The notes under the pieces were generated by a model, which did not search any database, was not told the origin of the DNA, and saw only the letters and a program-made list of their open reading frames with translations. DNA of 64,000 nucleotides from positions 81,080 through 145,079 of the forward strand of contig CAZEBU010000002.1 of NCBI GenBank assembly GCA_964510435.1, written 5' to 3'. The position numbers and the translations under genes are program-made. This DNA is from an uncultured Candidatus Saccharibacteria bacterium (GTDB lineage: Bacteria > Patescibacteriota > WWE3 > UBA101185 > UBA10185). Every line of letters begins with the position of its first letter. The first letter of the stretch is position 1. Shown here one piece after another: positions 17,060-27,552 of this stretch.

Positions 17060-19324
17060 TTAATATTCTTCGTCTTCGTATTTCTGGGGCTTTTTTATAT
17101 CTCCAACTGAAGGGTCATCAGATAACGGGATCGAGTCGATTAGCACTTCTCTAGCTTTACTACCTTGGGGAGGTCCCACAATGTTATTTTTTTCCAACTC
17201 ATCCAGTATACGAGCTGCCCGAGCATAGCCGATGGATAATCTTCTTTGCAAAAGTGATGCCGAGGCTTTTCCCGCTGAAACTACAATCTCAATTGCCTCA
17301 TGGTACTTTTCGTCTACTGACTCTCCCCCGGCCGCCACACTCTTTGATCTCACATCATCTGACGGTGTCTCAAGTATTTCTTCTTTATACTCAGGGGGTA
17401 TTCCTTGATCCTTCAAGAAATTGACCACACTGGCTTTCTCATTTTCGGAAACAAAAGCACTCTGCAGCCTAACAGGATTTGCCCTATCAGGAGGAATAAA
17501 CAACATATCACCACTGCCCAACAGTTTCTCCGCCCCTGATTGGTCAATAATTACCCTCGAATCCACAAGCCTGGTAACATTAAAGGCAATCCTACAAGGA
17601 ACATTCGCTTTTATTAACCCAGTCAACACTTCTGCCGATGGTCTTTGTACCGCTAAAATAAGGTGGATACCCGTAGCTCTGGCCAATTGTGCCAACCTGA
17701 TAATACTTTTCTCTACTGCAGTAGGATCCGTCACCATGACATCCGCTAACTCGTCGACGATAATCAAGATATATGGTAAAGCTTGAAAACCGGATTTTTG
17801 GTTGTACATCTCAATGTTTTTAGCTTTGGCACTTTCAAATAACCTGAACCTGCGCATCATTTCACCCTCAGCCCATTTAAAAACGGAGGAGGCTATTTCA
17901 ACATCAGCAACTAGAGGGGTGTATAAATGAGGTATGTCTTCATAAGCATTTAGCTCAACTCCCCTCTTAAAATCCATTAAAATTAGCTTTACCTCCTGAG
18001 GAGTGGCCCTAAATAGTATGGAGAGTATGAGGTTGTGAATAAAGACTGATTTACCTGAATTTGTGGCTCCGGCAATCAGTAAATGCGGCATTCTACCAAT
18101 GTCATAAACTTGCGCCACGCCACCAACATCTTTACCTAAAACAGTGGTTAATTTTGATTTGGCGCCTTTCATTTGCTCCGAAGATATCATCGATCTAAAG
18201 TCCACTTTTTCCCTAGTCCTATTAGGAACTTCAACGCCTATTAGCGCCTTACCGGGAATTGGTGCTTCGATCCTCACCGAACCTGTAGGAGATGCCAAAG
18301 CCGCTGCCAAATCATATTGTAGATTGGCCACCTTGGCAATTTTGATGCCGGGGGGTGTGCTTAGCGCATATTTTGTAACCGAAGGTCCTACTTGTACATC
18401 AACGACTTCCGCAGGAATGCTGAAAGAACTAAGCGTGTCTTTAATAATTTTTTTATTAGTTTCTATATCAACCCCATCCTTAGGTCTTACCGATGGTTCA
18501 TCAAGAAGGTCAAGACCGGGCAACTTCCAAACTTTAGTATTTGTATATGGTAGATTTGGTGCAATGGAAACCAGAGAATCGTCCGACGCCATAGCTAAAG
18601 TACCAACAATAGCCTGTGGTTCCGACATGCTGGGTACTATTTCAAAAGAAGCTTCCCTATCTACAGTTTCCTCACCGGAAAGGCCAATTTCAGCCTCACC
18701 TGCATCCTCTCCGTAAAGCTCGTTTTCATCCATACCAACCATGCCTTCGGTGATCTTGATTTCATCCTTACTTTTTTTCCTAAACAGATTACCGGTTTTT
18801 ATGTTCTCCCGGTAAAAATTAACTACTTGATCAATGGAAACGTTAAAAATTAGGATAACTGAAATTAATAACAATCCCAATAAAACTGCTAGTGCTCCAA
18901 AAACACTTACCATGTTTTTCAAATTAGTGGCAATCATAAATCCCACAAAACCACCGCCTTTCCCTGCCAAAGCAACTTCTCGTGCTATGTTCACATCAAT
19001 GAAAACATGCAAAAACCCGGAAACTGCCACCAGTAAAGTGAGTAATCCAAGAACAATGCGAAAGTCTTTAATTCTGTGTCTCACCGAATCAATCATTAAA
19101 AGACCTGATATACCTGTAATAAAAGGGATAATAATCGCCGAGTACCCAAATACTTTTCTAATAACTAATTGAATTTTAGCGTTGATGAAATAATCAGGAG
19201 CAAGAAAGGAAATTAACGCAACCACAGAAAAAATTAACAGACCCACCGCCAACAGGGACCTTAAGGACTCAGGACTAATATTAAAACTCAATCTAAATTT
19301 CTTTTTTCTGCCTCTCTTGGCCAT
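17060..19324 (-). CDS. ftsK: DNA translocase FtsK/SpoIIIE
   Basis: 754 aa; N-terminal TM helices, an ATPase with Walker A (GATNSGKS), and a C-terminal gamma wHTH domain. Confidence 0.9.
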   Translation of the reverse strand: MAKRGRKKKFRLSFNISPESLRSLLAVGLLIFSVVALISFLAPDYFINAKIQLVIRKVFGYSAIIIPFITGISGLLMIDSVRHRIKDFRIVLGLLTLLVAVSGFLHVFIDVNIAREVALAGKGGGFVGFMIATNLKNMVSVFGALAVLLGLLLISVILIFNVSIDQVVNFYRENIKTGNLFRKKSKDEIKITEGMVGMDENELYGEDAGEAEIGLSGEETVDREASFEIVPSMSEPQAIVGTLAMASDDSLVSIAPNLPYTNTKVWKLPGLDLLDEPSVRPKDGVDIETNKKIIKDTLSSFSIPAEVVDVQVGPSVTKYALSTPPGIKIAKVANLQYDLAAALASPTGSVRIEAPIPGKALIGVEVPNRTREKVDFRSMISSEQMKGAKSKLTTVLGKDVGGVAQVYDIGRMPHLLIAGATNSGKSVFIHNLILSILFRATPQEVKLILMDFKRGVELNAYEDIPHLYTPLVADVEIASSVFKWAEGEMMRRFRLFESAKAKNIEMYNQKSGFQALPYILIIVDELADVMVTDPTAVEKSIIRLAQLARATGIHLILAVQRPSAEVLTGLIKANVPCRIAFNVTRLVDSRVIIDQSGAEKLLGSGDMLFIPPDRANPVRLQSAFVSENEKASVVNFLKDQGIPPEYKEEILETPSDDVRSKSVAAGGESVDEKYHEAIEIVVSAGKASASLLQRRLSIGYARAARILDELEKNNIVGPPQGSKAREVLIDSIPLSDDPSVGDIKKPQKYEDEEY

Positions 19325-19344
19325 TAATCGTATGATAACAGGGA

Positions 19345-21057
19345 TTAAATAAAAATGGAATGTACTATAATAAGCGGTTCTCTTCCTGTCTCTTTGCTTA
19401 GAAATTTTTTCAGGTCTTTTTCTATATTGGTCTTAATCCCACCCCAGTTATTGGCTATATCCCCATCTTTCTCAATAGCCTTATTAACTACGTCTCTGGA
19501 TTTACCAAGAAGAGCTTTTGATTCCTTCACATAGATGAAGCCCCTAGTAATTATGTCCACCTTGCCAACTCTCTGCCTTCCTTTTCTGGAAACAGGTACA
19601 ACAACCACCAAAACACCATCAGTCGATAATAATCCCCGATCCCTTATAACTATGGGGCTAAGTCCTATACCATCAACATATTGATCATGTACTTCAATTC
19701 TTTTCCCTTTTACGGCGCTATTATTACGAAATTCAACCACCTCTCCTTCCTGCAGTTCAAAAACACTATTTTCATTAAACCCCAACTTACCAATCATTTT
19801 GGCATAATCATGAATTTGTCGGATGGTACCCCCTATGGGAATAAAATATTTTGGTTTAACCAAGGAAGCAACCTGGGATAGATCCCCCCTATGACCATGT
19901 CCTGAAACGTGCATGGCATTTCTGTTCAAATGATCAATAACCTCCACCCCCATCAAAATCAAATTATCTACAACTCTCCCCACAGCAATGTCAGTTCCCG
20001 GAGGATTTGGCTCGGAGGAAAATACCACGTAACCACCTTTTTTCACGCTCACATGCCTATGTTCCCTCCGACTTAGCTTATCCAAAGATGAACCAGGCTG
20101 CCCAAAACATCCGGCGATTATATAAACAAGGCTATCTTGAGGTAAACCTTCGGCCTTTTTTACTCCCATAAAAGCGTTATCGGAAAACGGAAGGTACCCT
20201 AAATTTTTGGCAATGTTAATAGATTTTTCTATTGATCTACCTACCGGAACGACTTTTCTACCGGCTTTTATGGCAGCGTCAACAATTTGGCGTATTCTGG
20301 AAATATTCGAAGATATGGTCGTGATGAAGATCTGTTTTCCTTGTAATTCTCCAAAGAGAGAAGGAAATGTTTCGTCGAGTGATCTTTCTGACTCTATAAA
20401 ACCATCCTTCGAAGCTCCCAGACAGTCAGAAGCCAAACAAAGAACACCTTCCTCGCCTATCCTAGAAATAGCTTCCAGGTCAATGGGTGCGTCAATAACA
20501 GGTGTTTGATCTATCTTAAAATCAGCCATGTGCACTACAGTGCCTTGCGGAGATTTAATCACCATACCCAATGAATCAGGTACTGAGTGATTCACATGAA
20601 ACGCCGACACGGTAAACGCGCCTAAACTAACTGGATTGGTTGATGCATCAAATAAATGAAGACTGACAGAATCTTTAAACCTTTTAAACTCTTTTTCCTC
20701 CAACAGCTCTTTAATAAATTCCTGCGTAAGCTTGTTAGCATAGACTGGAACATTTAATTCCTTTAATAAAAAGGGTATAGCGGCAAAATGATCAGCATGG
20801 GCATGAGTAATAAAAAGACCTCTAACCTTGTGGGAATTTTCCAGCAAATAAGTCATATCCGGGATAATAAAATCCACCCCAAAATCTTCCAGTTCCGGAA
20901 ATCCGATACCAAAATCTACGGCAATAATATCCTCGCCGTATTCATAAACGGTAAGATTCTTAGTCACGCCATCACCGATAGCAACAAATCTTAATGGGAT
21001 ATTTGAGGTAGATCCCTTAACTGCGGTCTTTTTTGTGTTCTTAAACTCCATAGTCAT
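19345..21057 (-). CDS. rnj: ribonuclease J (metallo-beta-lactamase/beta-CASP)
   Basis: 570 aa; HAHADH motif (FITHAHADHFAAIP) and a beta-CASP region with a C-terminal domain (HVSGHGHRGDL). Confidence 0.9.
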   Translation of the reverse strand: MTMEFKNTKKTAVKGSTSNIPLRFVAIGDGVTKNLTVYEYGEDIIAVDFGIGFPELEDFGVDFIIPDMTYLLENSHKVRGLFITHAHADHFAAIPFLLKELNVPVYANKLTQEFIKELLEEKEFKRFKDSVSLHLFDASTNPVSLGAFTVSAFHVNHSVPDSLGMVIKSPQGTVVHMADFKIDQTPVIDAPIDLEAISRIGEEGVLCLASDCLGASKDGFIESERSLDETFPSLFGELQGKQIFITTISSNISRIRQIVDAAIKAGRKVVPVGRSIEKSINIAKNLGYLPFSDNAFMGVKKAEGLPQDSLVYIIAGCFGQPGSSLDKLSRREHRHVSVKKGGYVVFSSEPNPPGTDIAVGRVVDNLILMGVEVIDHLNRNAMHVSGHGHRGDLSQVASLVKPKYFIPIGGTIRQIHDYAKMIGKLGFNENSVFELQEGEVVEFRNNSAVKGKRIEVHDQYVDGIGLSPIVIRDRGLLSTDGVLVVVVPVSRKGRQRVGKVDIITRGFIYVKESKALLGKSRDVVNKAIEKDGDIANNWGGIKTNIEKDLKKFLSKETGREPLIIVHSIFI

Positions 21058-21069
21058 TCATTAAGTTTA

Positions 21070-21690
21070 TCAGAACAACTTAAGTTGTCCATCTTGCTCA
21101 TCATCCTCTTTTTCCTCGATAAAATCACCTGATTTGATCTGTTCCAGCACCTCAGGAATTCTCAAAAAATCCTTTTTCAATGCCTCCAGCATCTTGGGGT
21201 TTCTTAAGCCGGCAGCGGGGTGGTAAATGGGAAAAACAAAGAAATTAGTAGTTTTAATTAATTCACCATGATCTCTAGATATCTTTCCCGCCTTGTAAAA
21301 AAAATTCAAAGCAAAACGTCCTAGACTAACAATCAACACCGGATCGATAGTTTTGATCTGAGCAGCTAAATATGGGATGCAGGCGTGTATCTCGTCAGGA
21401 AGCGGGTCTCTATTTCCGGGAGGACGATGTTTGATAATGTTACCAATCCAAACATCTTCTCTCTTGTAACCCAGTTCGGCTAATAGTCTCTCCAATAACA
21501 TCCCCGCCCTGCCTACAAACGGTCTGCCTGTTTCATCCTCCACAGCACCCGGAGCTTCTCCAATAAATAGTAGTTCCGAATCAACGTTACCCTCACCGGG
21601 AACGCCATGTTTTGCTTGCTTGTACAATCTACATTTTTTGCAATTTATAACATTGGTATCTATTTGTTTTACAATTTCCTCTTTTGTCAT
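21070..21690 (-). CDS. uracil-DNA glycosylase, family 4
   Basis: 206 aa; CKKCRLYK...GEGN...LLFIGEAPG...GRPFVGRAG is the family-4 UDG signature with iron-sulfur cysteines. Confidence 0.85.
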   Translation of the reverse strand: MTKEEIVKQIDTNVINCKKCRLYKQAKHGVPGEGNVDSELLFIGEAPGAVEDETGRPFVGRAGMLLERLLAELGYKREDVWIGNIIKHRPPGNRDPLPDEIHACIPYLAAQIKTIDPVLIVSLGRFALNFFYKAGKISRDHGELIKTTNFFVFPIYHPAAGLRNPKMLEALKKDFLRIPEVLEQIKSGDFIEEKEDDEQDGQLKLF

Positions 21691-22214
21691 TTGATCTTCC
21701 CTAATTGTTCCAAGGTACTTATCACCTTTAAAGTGATGCGCCGCTTTCCGCGTTGGTATATTCGATCCGAAATAAAATAAGCCTCTCTAAAAGTCATCCA
21801 GAAATACTGGTCAAACTGAGTTTCACTTATTTCCAATTTGTCCGAAGAGGAATCAACGGTACAAAAATAGTATTCCTTGCCCATCATAGCCACTTCATTA
21901 CCCCCATCATCAAGTAATGTGCCCACTTTATGCCTTCCCGGTTTAAACTCCATTCTATCTATTTCCACAAACTCCGCATTACTATATGCAAGATTCTCTG
22001 CAAAACTCTTTCCCAACTCTTCGACTATTACCCTTTTTAAGGCGCTTATAGGCTCTTCTTTATTATTGATCCTCCCTTGGGGAAGTTGCCATAATCCATA
22101 TTCCTTTTTATAAAACATAAGTATTTTATTTTGGTTAATGACGCAGGCCACTACTCCAGGTCTGAAACCTTCTTTCCTTACTTCATCCAGTTGTTTAGGC
22201 GTAGGTGTTTTCAT
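21687..22214 (-). CDS. NUDIX hydrolase
   Basis: 175 aa; Nudix box QLPQGRINNKEEPISALKRVIVEELG (Gx5Ex7REUxEExGU). Confidence 0.8.
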   Translation of the reverse strand: MKTPTPKQLDEVRKEGFRPGVVACVINQNKILMFYKKEYGLWQLPQGRINNKEEPISALKRVIVEELGKSFAENLAYSNAEFVEIDRMEFKPGRHKVGTLLDDGGNEVAMMGKEYYFCTVDSSSDKLEISETQFDQYFWMTFREAYFISDRIYQRGKRRITLKVISTLEQLGKIK

Positions 22215-22217
22215 AAC

Positions 22218-23297
22218 TCACTGAGGCAGGTATTGTTTGAGATTCTCTTGGGTTAAGTGAACTTCTGTTGCAGAGCCTTCCACTATGTTTTTGGCTACTT
22301 TCCTACATATTGATTCCAGTGTTCTTTCCAAACTTCTGATTCCTGTGTCATAACCAAACGGCCTAACTATGCCCGGCCAAAGGTCGTTATCAATAACCAG
22401 CTCACCGGGCTTAAGACCGGATCTTTCAAAAATTTGGGGCAGTAGGAAATCTCTAGAAATAATCACCTTTTCTTCATCTGTGTAGGAGGGCATCTTGATC
22501 ACTTCCATCCTATCCATTAAGGCAGTGCTTATCGTACCCGTATTATTAGCCGAACACACAAAAAGAACTTCGGATAGATCAACTGGAAAATCCACATAGT
22601 GGTCACGAAATTCATTACTTTGATTGGGATCTAGAATTTCTAATAATACCGCCATGATATCACTCAGCAAACCTCTCTCTCCACTGGCCTTATCTATTTC
22701 ATCCAGTAAAATAACAGGGTTTCTGGCACCCGTTTTTATCAAAGCCTTAACTATTTGTCCGGGCTCTGCTTCCGGCATAGACTTACTGCGCCCCCTAAGT
22801 TCCAAGGTAGAACCAATACCGCCCATGGCAATTCGAACAAATTTACGATCCAAAGACTTAGCTATGGACATGGCTAAAGTCGTTTTTCCTACACCTTGCA
22901 GACCAACAAACAATAAAACCGGTGTTTTAGCAAACATATTACCACCTCGTTTATTAATAAGGATCAAGGACGCCAGATATTCTAGAATTCTCTCCTTAAC
23001 AAAATACATTCCGTAGTGGGTTGAATCTAAAATTTCCTTGGTGTTATCCAGATCCAACTTATCCACGGTTCTTTTATCCCAAGGTATTTTGGAGATTATA
23101 TTTACATACCGGGAGAGAATATCAAACTCCGAGGAATAATGCCCCATCTTGGCCATCCTGTTTAACCTATTTAGCATTTGCCCAAGTCTACTTTCCAACA
23201 ACGGGGGCAATCCCGAAATCTCATCGAGCGTTTTTGACAACTGCTCTAATTCTTCAAAGATATATTTATCTACATCACTCATTATTTCTAACCACAA
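22218..23297 (-). CDS. Lon-type AAA+ ATPase module without LAN or protease domains
   Basis: 359 aa. Collinear with E. coli Lon residues ~230-600 (VPWNARS.../ILDTDHYGLERVKDRILEYLA/GPPGVGKTSL.../LLDEIDK.../MEVI). Ours reads IPWDKRTV...ILDSTHYGMYFVKERILEYLA, GLQGVGKTTL, LLDEIDK, MEVIKMPSYTDEEK. The ORF ends at the AAA/protease domain boundary; no Ser-Lys protease domain is present. Confidence 0.8.
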   Translation of the reverse strand: MWLEIMSDVDKYIFEELEQLSKTLDEISGLPPLLESRLGQMLNRLNRMAKMGHYSSEFDILSRYVNIISKIPWDKRTVDKLDLDNTKEILDSTHYGMYFVKERILEYLASLILINKRGGNMFAKTPVLLFVGLQGVGKTTLAMSIAKSLDRKFVRIAMGGIGSTLELRGRSKSMPEAEPGQIVKALIKTGARNPVILLDEIDKASGERGLLSDIMAVLLEILDPNQSNEFRDHYVDFPVDLSEVLFVCSANNTGTISTALMDRMEVIKMPSYTDEEKVIISRDFLLPQIFERSGLKPGELVIDNDLWPGIVRPFGYDTGIRSLERTLESICRKVAKNIVEGSATEVHLTQENLKQYLPQ

Positions 23298-24210
23298 ATT
23301 TATTAAACTGCTTATCTTTTACTTCATTTATTAAAGGCAGAAGATCCTCCATAGGTGAGTAGACCATCATAAGATCAAGGACCTCCTCAAAATTATCGAA
23401 ACTCATAAATAAAAGCTGGCCGCTGTCAGGTAATTGTGTCTTATAGCTTTTGTACTTAGGATTGTGCGCAATATTTTTCGAAATATCACCCGCAGACTCC
23501 TCTACACTTACCAGGAAGGGCTCATACTCGGTAATAACTAAAGCTTGTTTTACTTTACTAAGAAAATACTTTTCTGACTCCACAGTTTCTAAGAATTCCT
23601 TGTTCATAATCTTACTTTCCTGCTCATCCAGCATCAAAACAAGCGCTAGCCGCCATTCCTGATCAATTTTTTGACCGAAAATAATGTATCTTCCCGAAAG
23701 GTAATCTCCAAAATCATTTAGTATTCCCTCTTCGTCGAGTGCACCCCAAAAGAATTGGTAGGAAGCTAGTAAATCACTCCCTATAATATAAAAATCCACC
23801 TCGAAAGGAATGTACTTAGTTAAATCCCCAACGTCAAAAACGATATTCGGTTGTTCTAGGTTATAAACGACGGTATTATCATATCTTTCTTCCGGAATCT
23901 CCATAGCTACGTCCTTAACAGCCATTTCTTCTCTATCTTTTAGCTTGTTTTGCGTAAAAATGATGGAAATTATGGAAACAGCGGCTGCAACTAAAACCAG
24001 AGCAAAAGCAGTGAGGAACTTTTTATTGATATGGAGCTTAACCCTTACTTTCTTTTTTTCTTTTTCTGGGGGAACAAAAGAAGTTCTCTTAATTTGGAAG
24101 GTGGTAGTGTGGTTAATTAGTTTGTCATCTAATTTGTGACCACAAGATCTACAAAAGTAACCCTCATCATCATGTAAGTTTTTATTACAATTAGGACAGA
24201 TTCTATTCAC
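23275..24210 (-). CDS. hypothetical zinc-ribbon membrane protein
   Basis: 311 aa; N-terminal CPNC...CRSC zinc ribbon, one TM helix (FLTAFALVLVAAAVSIISIIF), then an extracytoplasmic domain. Overlaps the Lon-like gene by 23 nt. Confidence 0.5.
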   Translation of the reverse strand: MNRICPNCNKNLHDDEGYFCRSCGHKLDDKLINHTTTFQIKRTSFVPPEKEKKKVRVKLHINKKFLTAFALVLVAAAVSIISIIFTQNKLKDREEMAVKDVAMEIPEERYDNTVVYNLEQPNIVFDVGDLTKYIPFEVDFYIIGSDLLASYQFFWGALDEEGILNDFGDYLSGRYIIFGQKIDQEWRLALVLMLDEQESKIMNKEFLETVESEKYFLSKVKQALVITEYEPFLVSVEESAGDISKNIAHNPKYKSYKTQLPDSGQLLFMSFDNFEEVLDLMMVYSPMEDLLPLINEVKDKQFNKFVVRNNE

Positions 24211-24226
24211 TTACCAAATTTTACCA

Positions 24227-26371
24227 TCAATTACGTTTGTTGCGAGGTTTTTTGCTGGGCTTATAACCAGCCTCCAATATTTTTTTCGACAGACTCATCT
24301 TCCCATCCCTAGATACATCAAGTACCCTCACTCTCACGGTATCTCCGTCTTTGAGATGATCATGAATATCAGTCACATATTCGTTGGAAACCTCACTAAT
24401 ATGAAGTAATCCCACTTTTCCGGGTAAAATTTCCACAAATGCACCAAAATCGACCACTTCCTGTATAACTCCTTCGTATTCCTCCCCCGCCTTAACGTCC
24501 TTTACCATGTTGGTAACTATCTCAGCCGCTTTTTCCGAATTCTCAAGACTCGTGGAAGAAACTACCACTGTACCATCTTCTTCAATGGAAATATCCGTGT
24601 CGGTTTTTTCCTGTATCTCCCTGATGGTCTTGCCTCCCGGCCCAATGATGGTACCAATTTTCTCACTATCAATCTTCACACTAACTGTCTTAGGAGCGTA
24701 TTGGGATACATCTTTTCTTGGAGTAGAAAGAGTTTTTTCCATAATATCCAACACATACAACCTACCCTCTCTTGATTGCTCAACAATCTTAGGTAGCATT
24801 TCAAAAGGAATGCCGCCCACTTTCATATCCACCTGGATAGCTGTAACTCCATCTCTTGAGCCAGTCATTTTAAAATCCAGCAACCCAAAGGCGTCTTCCA
24901 TATAAGCTAGATCCGTCATGATCAACTGCTTTTCAAAATTTTTATCGGCTATAAGCCCCACGCCAATTCCTGCAATCATCTCACTGATAGGTACGCCGGC
25001 ATCCATCAACGCCAACGAAGAAGCGCAGGTAGCAGCCATAGATGTAGAGCCGCTGGAGGAAAGCGTTTCCGAAACCACAAGAATCATATAAGGAAAGCCA
25101 TCTTGCTCGGGAATAGCGGGTCTCAAAGCATTCTCCGCTATCATTCCATGACCGATCTCACGATTTTTAGGCCAACCTACTCTCCCGGTTTCTCCACTGG
25201 AATAAGGTGGAAAATGATAATAATGCAAGAATTTCTTGGACCTCTCCCCGTACATATCCTGAATAAGTAATTCTTGTGACGGCGAGGCAAGGGTAGTGGT
25301 CGTTAACATTTGTGTCTCACCACGAGAAAATAAAGCGCTGCCGTGTGTCCTTGGTAAAACACCAACCTCGCAAGTAATCGGCCTAATGTCCTCGGCGCCT
25401 CGTCCATCAATACGTTTCCCTGTTTCCAATATTTGCTTCTGCATGGCTTCCTTCTTCAATTCAGCTAGGGCCAGAACCATATCAACTTTTTTGTATTTTC
25501 CCTCCAAATCAGTGAGCACAGTCTCCGTCAATTCTTCAATCTCTTCACTAAGATCAGATTTATCGGCACCCTTACTCATTAGCTCATCGATCTTTTTTCC
25601 CGCTAATTTTTTAACATCCGAGATTAATTCCTCAGGAAGGGCTCTTGACTCATATTCATATTTTTTTCCTTGTGGATTTAGTTCCTTAGCAAATTCCATG
25701 ATCAACTCATATAGTGGGTCTACATTATTTCTGGCGAACTCCACCGCGCCGAGGATCTTTTCTTCAGGTAGATTGTTGGCTTCTGCCTCCAAAGCCATTA
25801 ATTTCTTATCTTTACCCACAAAAGAAACCATCATATCCAGCTCGCTACCGCCATGAAGTTGTTCATGGCCGGGGCACATGAGATACTTTTCGTCAATGTA
25901 ACCCACCCTAGCCGACATCACAGGGCCGTCCCAGGGAATATCCGAAGCTGTAAGTGCCGCCGAAGTAGCAATCATACTTAAAAATTTGGGGTCACTATCG
26001 TGATCCAAAGAGAGTACAGTAGCGATAACCTGAACTTCGTCCATATAGTCATCAGGGAATAGCGGCCTAATAGCGTGGTCGATCATTCTCCCGGCGATAA
26101 TGGCAGCATCAGTTGGTCGCCCGTCTCTTTTTACAAATCTGGAACTTTTGATACTACCGCTAGCATAAAACTTCTCTCTATAATTAACATTAAGCGGAAA
26201 GTAGTCAATATCGGGATTGTAATCAGCTGAGACTACAGTAACCAACATTACGGTATCTCCAAAACTAGCTTTAACGGACATATTAGTCATATTGGCTAAT
26301 TTTCCTGCTTCCAGACTCAATTTTTTACCCGCAAATTCAATTTCTTTATATATTATGTTTTTAGTGGCCAT
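24227..26371 (-). CDS. pnp: polyribonucleotide nucleotidyltransferase (PNPase)
   Basis: 714 aa; two RNase PH domains with KH and S1 domains at the C-terminus. Confidence 0.95.
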   Translation of the reverse strand: MATKNIIYKEIEFAGKKLSLEAGKLANMTNMSVKASFGDTVMLVTVVSADYNPDIDYFPLNVNYREKFYASGSIKSSRFVKRDGRPTDAAIIAGRMIDHAIRPLFPDDYMDEVQVIATVLSLDHDSDPKFLSMIATSAALTASDIPWDGPVMSARVGYIDEKYLMCPGHEQLHGGSELDMMVSFVGKDKKLMALEAEANNLPEEKILGAVEFARNNVDPLYELIMEFAKELNPQGKKYEYESRALPEELISDVKKLAGKKIDELMSKGADKSDLSEEIEELTETVLTDLEGKYKKVDMVLALAELKKEAMQKQILETGKRIDGRGAEDIRPITCEVGVLPRTHGSALFSRGETQMLTTTTLASPSQELLIQDMYGERSKKFLHYYHFPPYSSGETGRVGWPKNREIGHGMIAENALRPAIPEQDGFPYMILVVSETLSSSGSTSMAATCASSLALMDAGVPISEMIAGIGVGLIADKNFEKQLIMTDLAYMEDAFGLLDFKMTGSRDGVTAIQVDMKVGGIPFEMLPKIVEQSREGRLYVLDIMEKTLSTPRKDVSQYAPKTVSVKIDSEKIGTIIGPGGKTIREIQEKTDTDISIEEDGTVVVSSTSLENSEKAAEIVTNMVKDVKAGEEYEGVIQEVVDFGAFVEILPGKVGLLHISEVSNEYVTDIHDHLKDGDTVRVRVLDVSRDGKMSLSKKILEAGYKPSKKPRNKRN

Positions 26372-26490
26372 TTTACTTAGTGGTCTCAGCGCAATGAGGA
26401 TTAAGAGATGAGATACTTCCTACGAAAATTTCGTAAAAAATACTCCACTTCCTAATCTCCACGCAACCATACTCCTTAAAAAATTATTAC

Positions 26491-26757
26491 TTACTTAATT
26501 TCCAGCTTTTTCACCAGAAAGTCATATCTCTCTTCGTCTTTTCGCTTTAGATAGGCTAAGAGTCTTCTTCTCTTATTTACCATTTGCAGAAGCCCTCTCC
26601 TGGAATGATTATCTTTTTTATGTTTTTTCAAATGATCCGAAAGTTCAGAGATCCTTTCCGAAAGCAAAGTAATTTGCACCTCCGGAGATCCCGTGTCACT
26701 TGCGTGCATTTGACTATCTTTGATGATCTTCTGTTTTTTTTCGCTATTTAAAGCCAT
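26491..26757 (-). CDS. rpsO: 30S ribosomal protein S15
   Basis: 88 aa; ...[33 protein letters not shown]... typical of S15. Lies upstream of pnp. Confidence 0.9.
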   Translation of the reverse strand: MALNSEKKQKIIKDSQMHASDTGSPEVQITLLSERISELSDHLKKHKKDNHSRRGLLQMVNKRRRLLAYLKRKDEERYDFLVKKLEIK

Positions 26758-26793
26758 AAACTCTAGTTATGATATCAAAACATGTTTATAAAA

Positions 26794-27459
26794 TCAATCT
26801 TTATAGGGAGGGGTTTTAGAAATAATTCCTTTTAATAAAGCCTTAGCTGTCTTTTCATCCGGAGCTAATTCCCATTGAGTGGCTTTTTGCAGTACCAGAA
26901 GTGAAAGTGAACTAGTCTTAGGTTCTACGACATTAACAAAACCGAATCTCTCGTTCCTATCGGTTATGTCAATATTAATTATCTTTGAAGTTTTTGAAGC
27001 TTTGTCCAAACTCCTGTAGATCTGCCCTAGATCAAAAAGATTTTGCGCACCAATAATAAATAGGACATCAAAATCGTAACCTGCAATTTTCGATCTAATT
27101 TTCTCTCTACTGTTAAAGTTTGGGGGGATAGGACTTATGGTCAAATATAAAATACCCTCATCCGTCGTATAATTAACCTTTGAGGCTTGGGTATCAGAAT
27201 AATCAATGGAAACAACCAAATTTCTTTGTTTAACTTCTCTGGTGATCTTATTTGCATTAATAAGGTCTTTCCCTTCCTCAGGCACTTTCCCGGGATAAAT
27301 AAAGGTAACTTCTTTCTCACTGTTTATTAACATGTGATAAATTCCTACACTAGCACAATAGGCATCCAAACCTGCTACCTTAGAGGTCATTATGGCAATA
27401 TTCTTTGCACCATTAAGCAATGTTGCTACCTTGTCTTTCACCACATCATTATTATTCAT
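26794..27459 (-). CDS. DHH-family phosphoesterase-like protein (degenerate motifs)
   Basis: 221 aa; NIAIMTSKVAGLDAYCASVGIYHMLI resembles DHH motifs I-II of NrnA-like proteins. The DHH triad position reads SIDYS. It occupies the slot usually held by rbfA or an nrnA-like gene between infB and rpsO. Confidence 0.45.
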   Translation of the reverse strand: MNNNDVVKDKVATLLNGAKNIAIMTSKVAGLDAYCASVGIYHMLINSEKEVTFIYPGKVPEEGKDLINANKITREVKQRNLVVSIDYSDTQASKVNYTTDEGILYLTISPIPPNFNSREKIRSKIAGYDFDVLFIIGAQNLFDLGQIYRSLDKASKTSKIINIDITDRNERFGFVNVVEPKTSSLSLLVLQKATQWELAPDEKTAKALLKGIISKTPPYKD

Positions 27460-27552
27460 AAAATTAGTAGGGGCAAATTTTGTCTATCTGACAACAAAAA
27501 ACACTATTTATATTCTTGGGGATTATACAATATTAACCCTATAGCGTCAATA

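Noticed and set aside
26421-26442. Hairpin tacgaaaa/ttttcgta in the rpsO-pnp intergenic region as an RNase III processing site or terminator
   Set aside because: AT-only stem with a 1-2-nt loop, thermodynamically negligible; not reportable.
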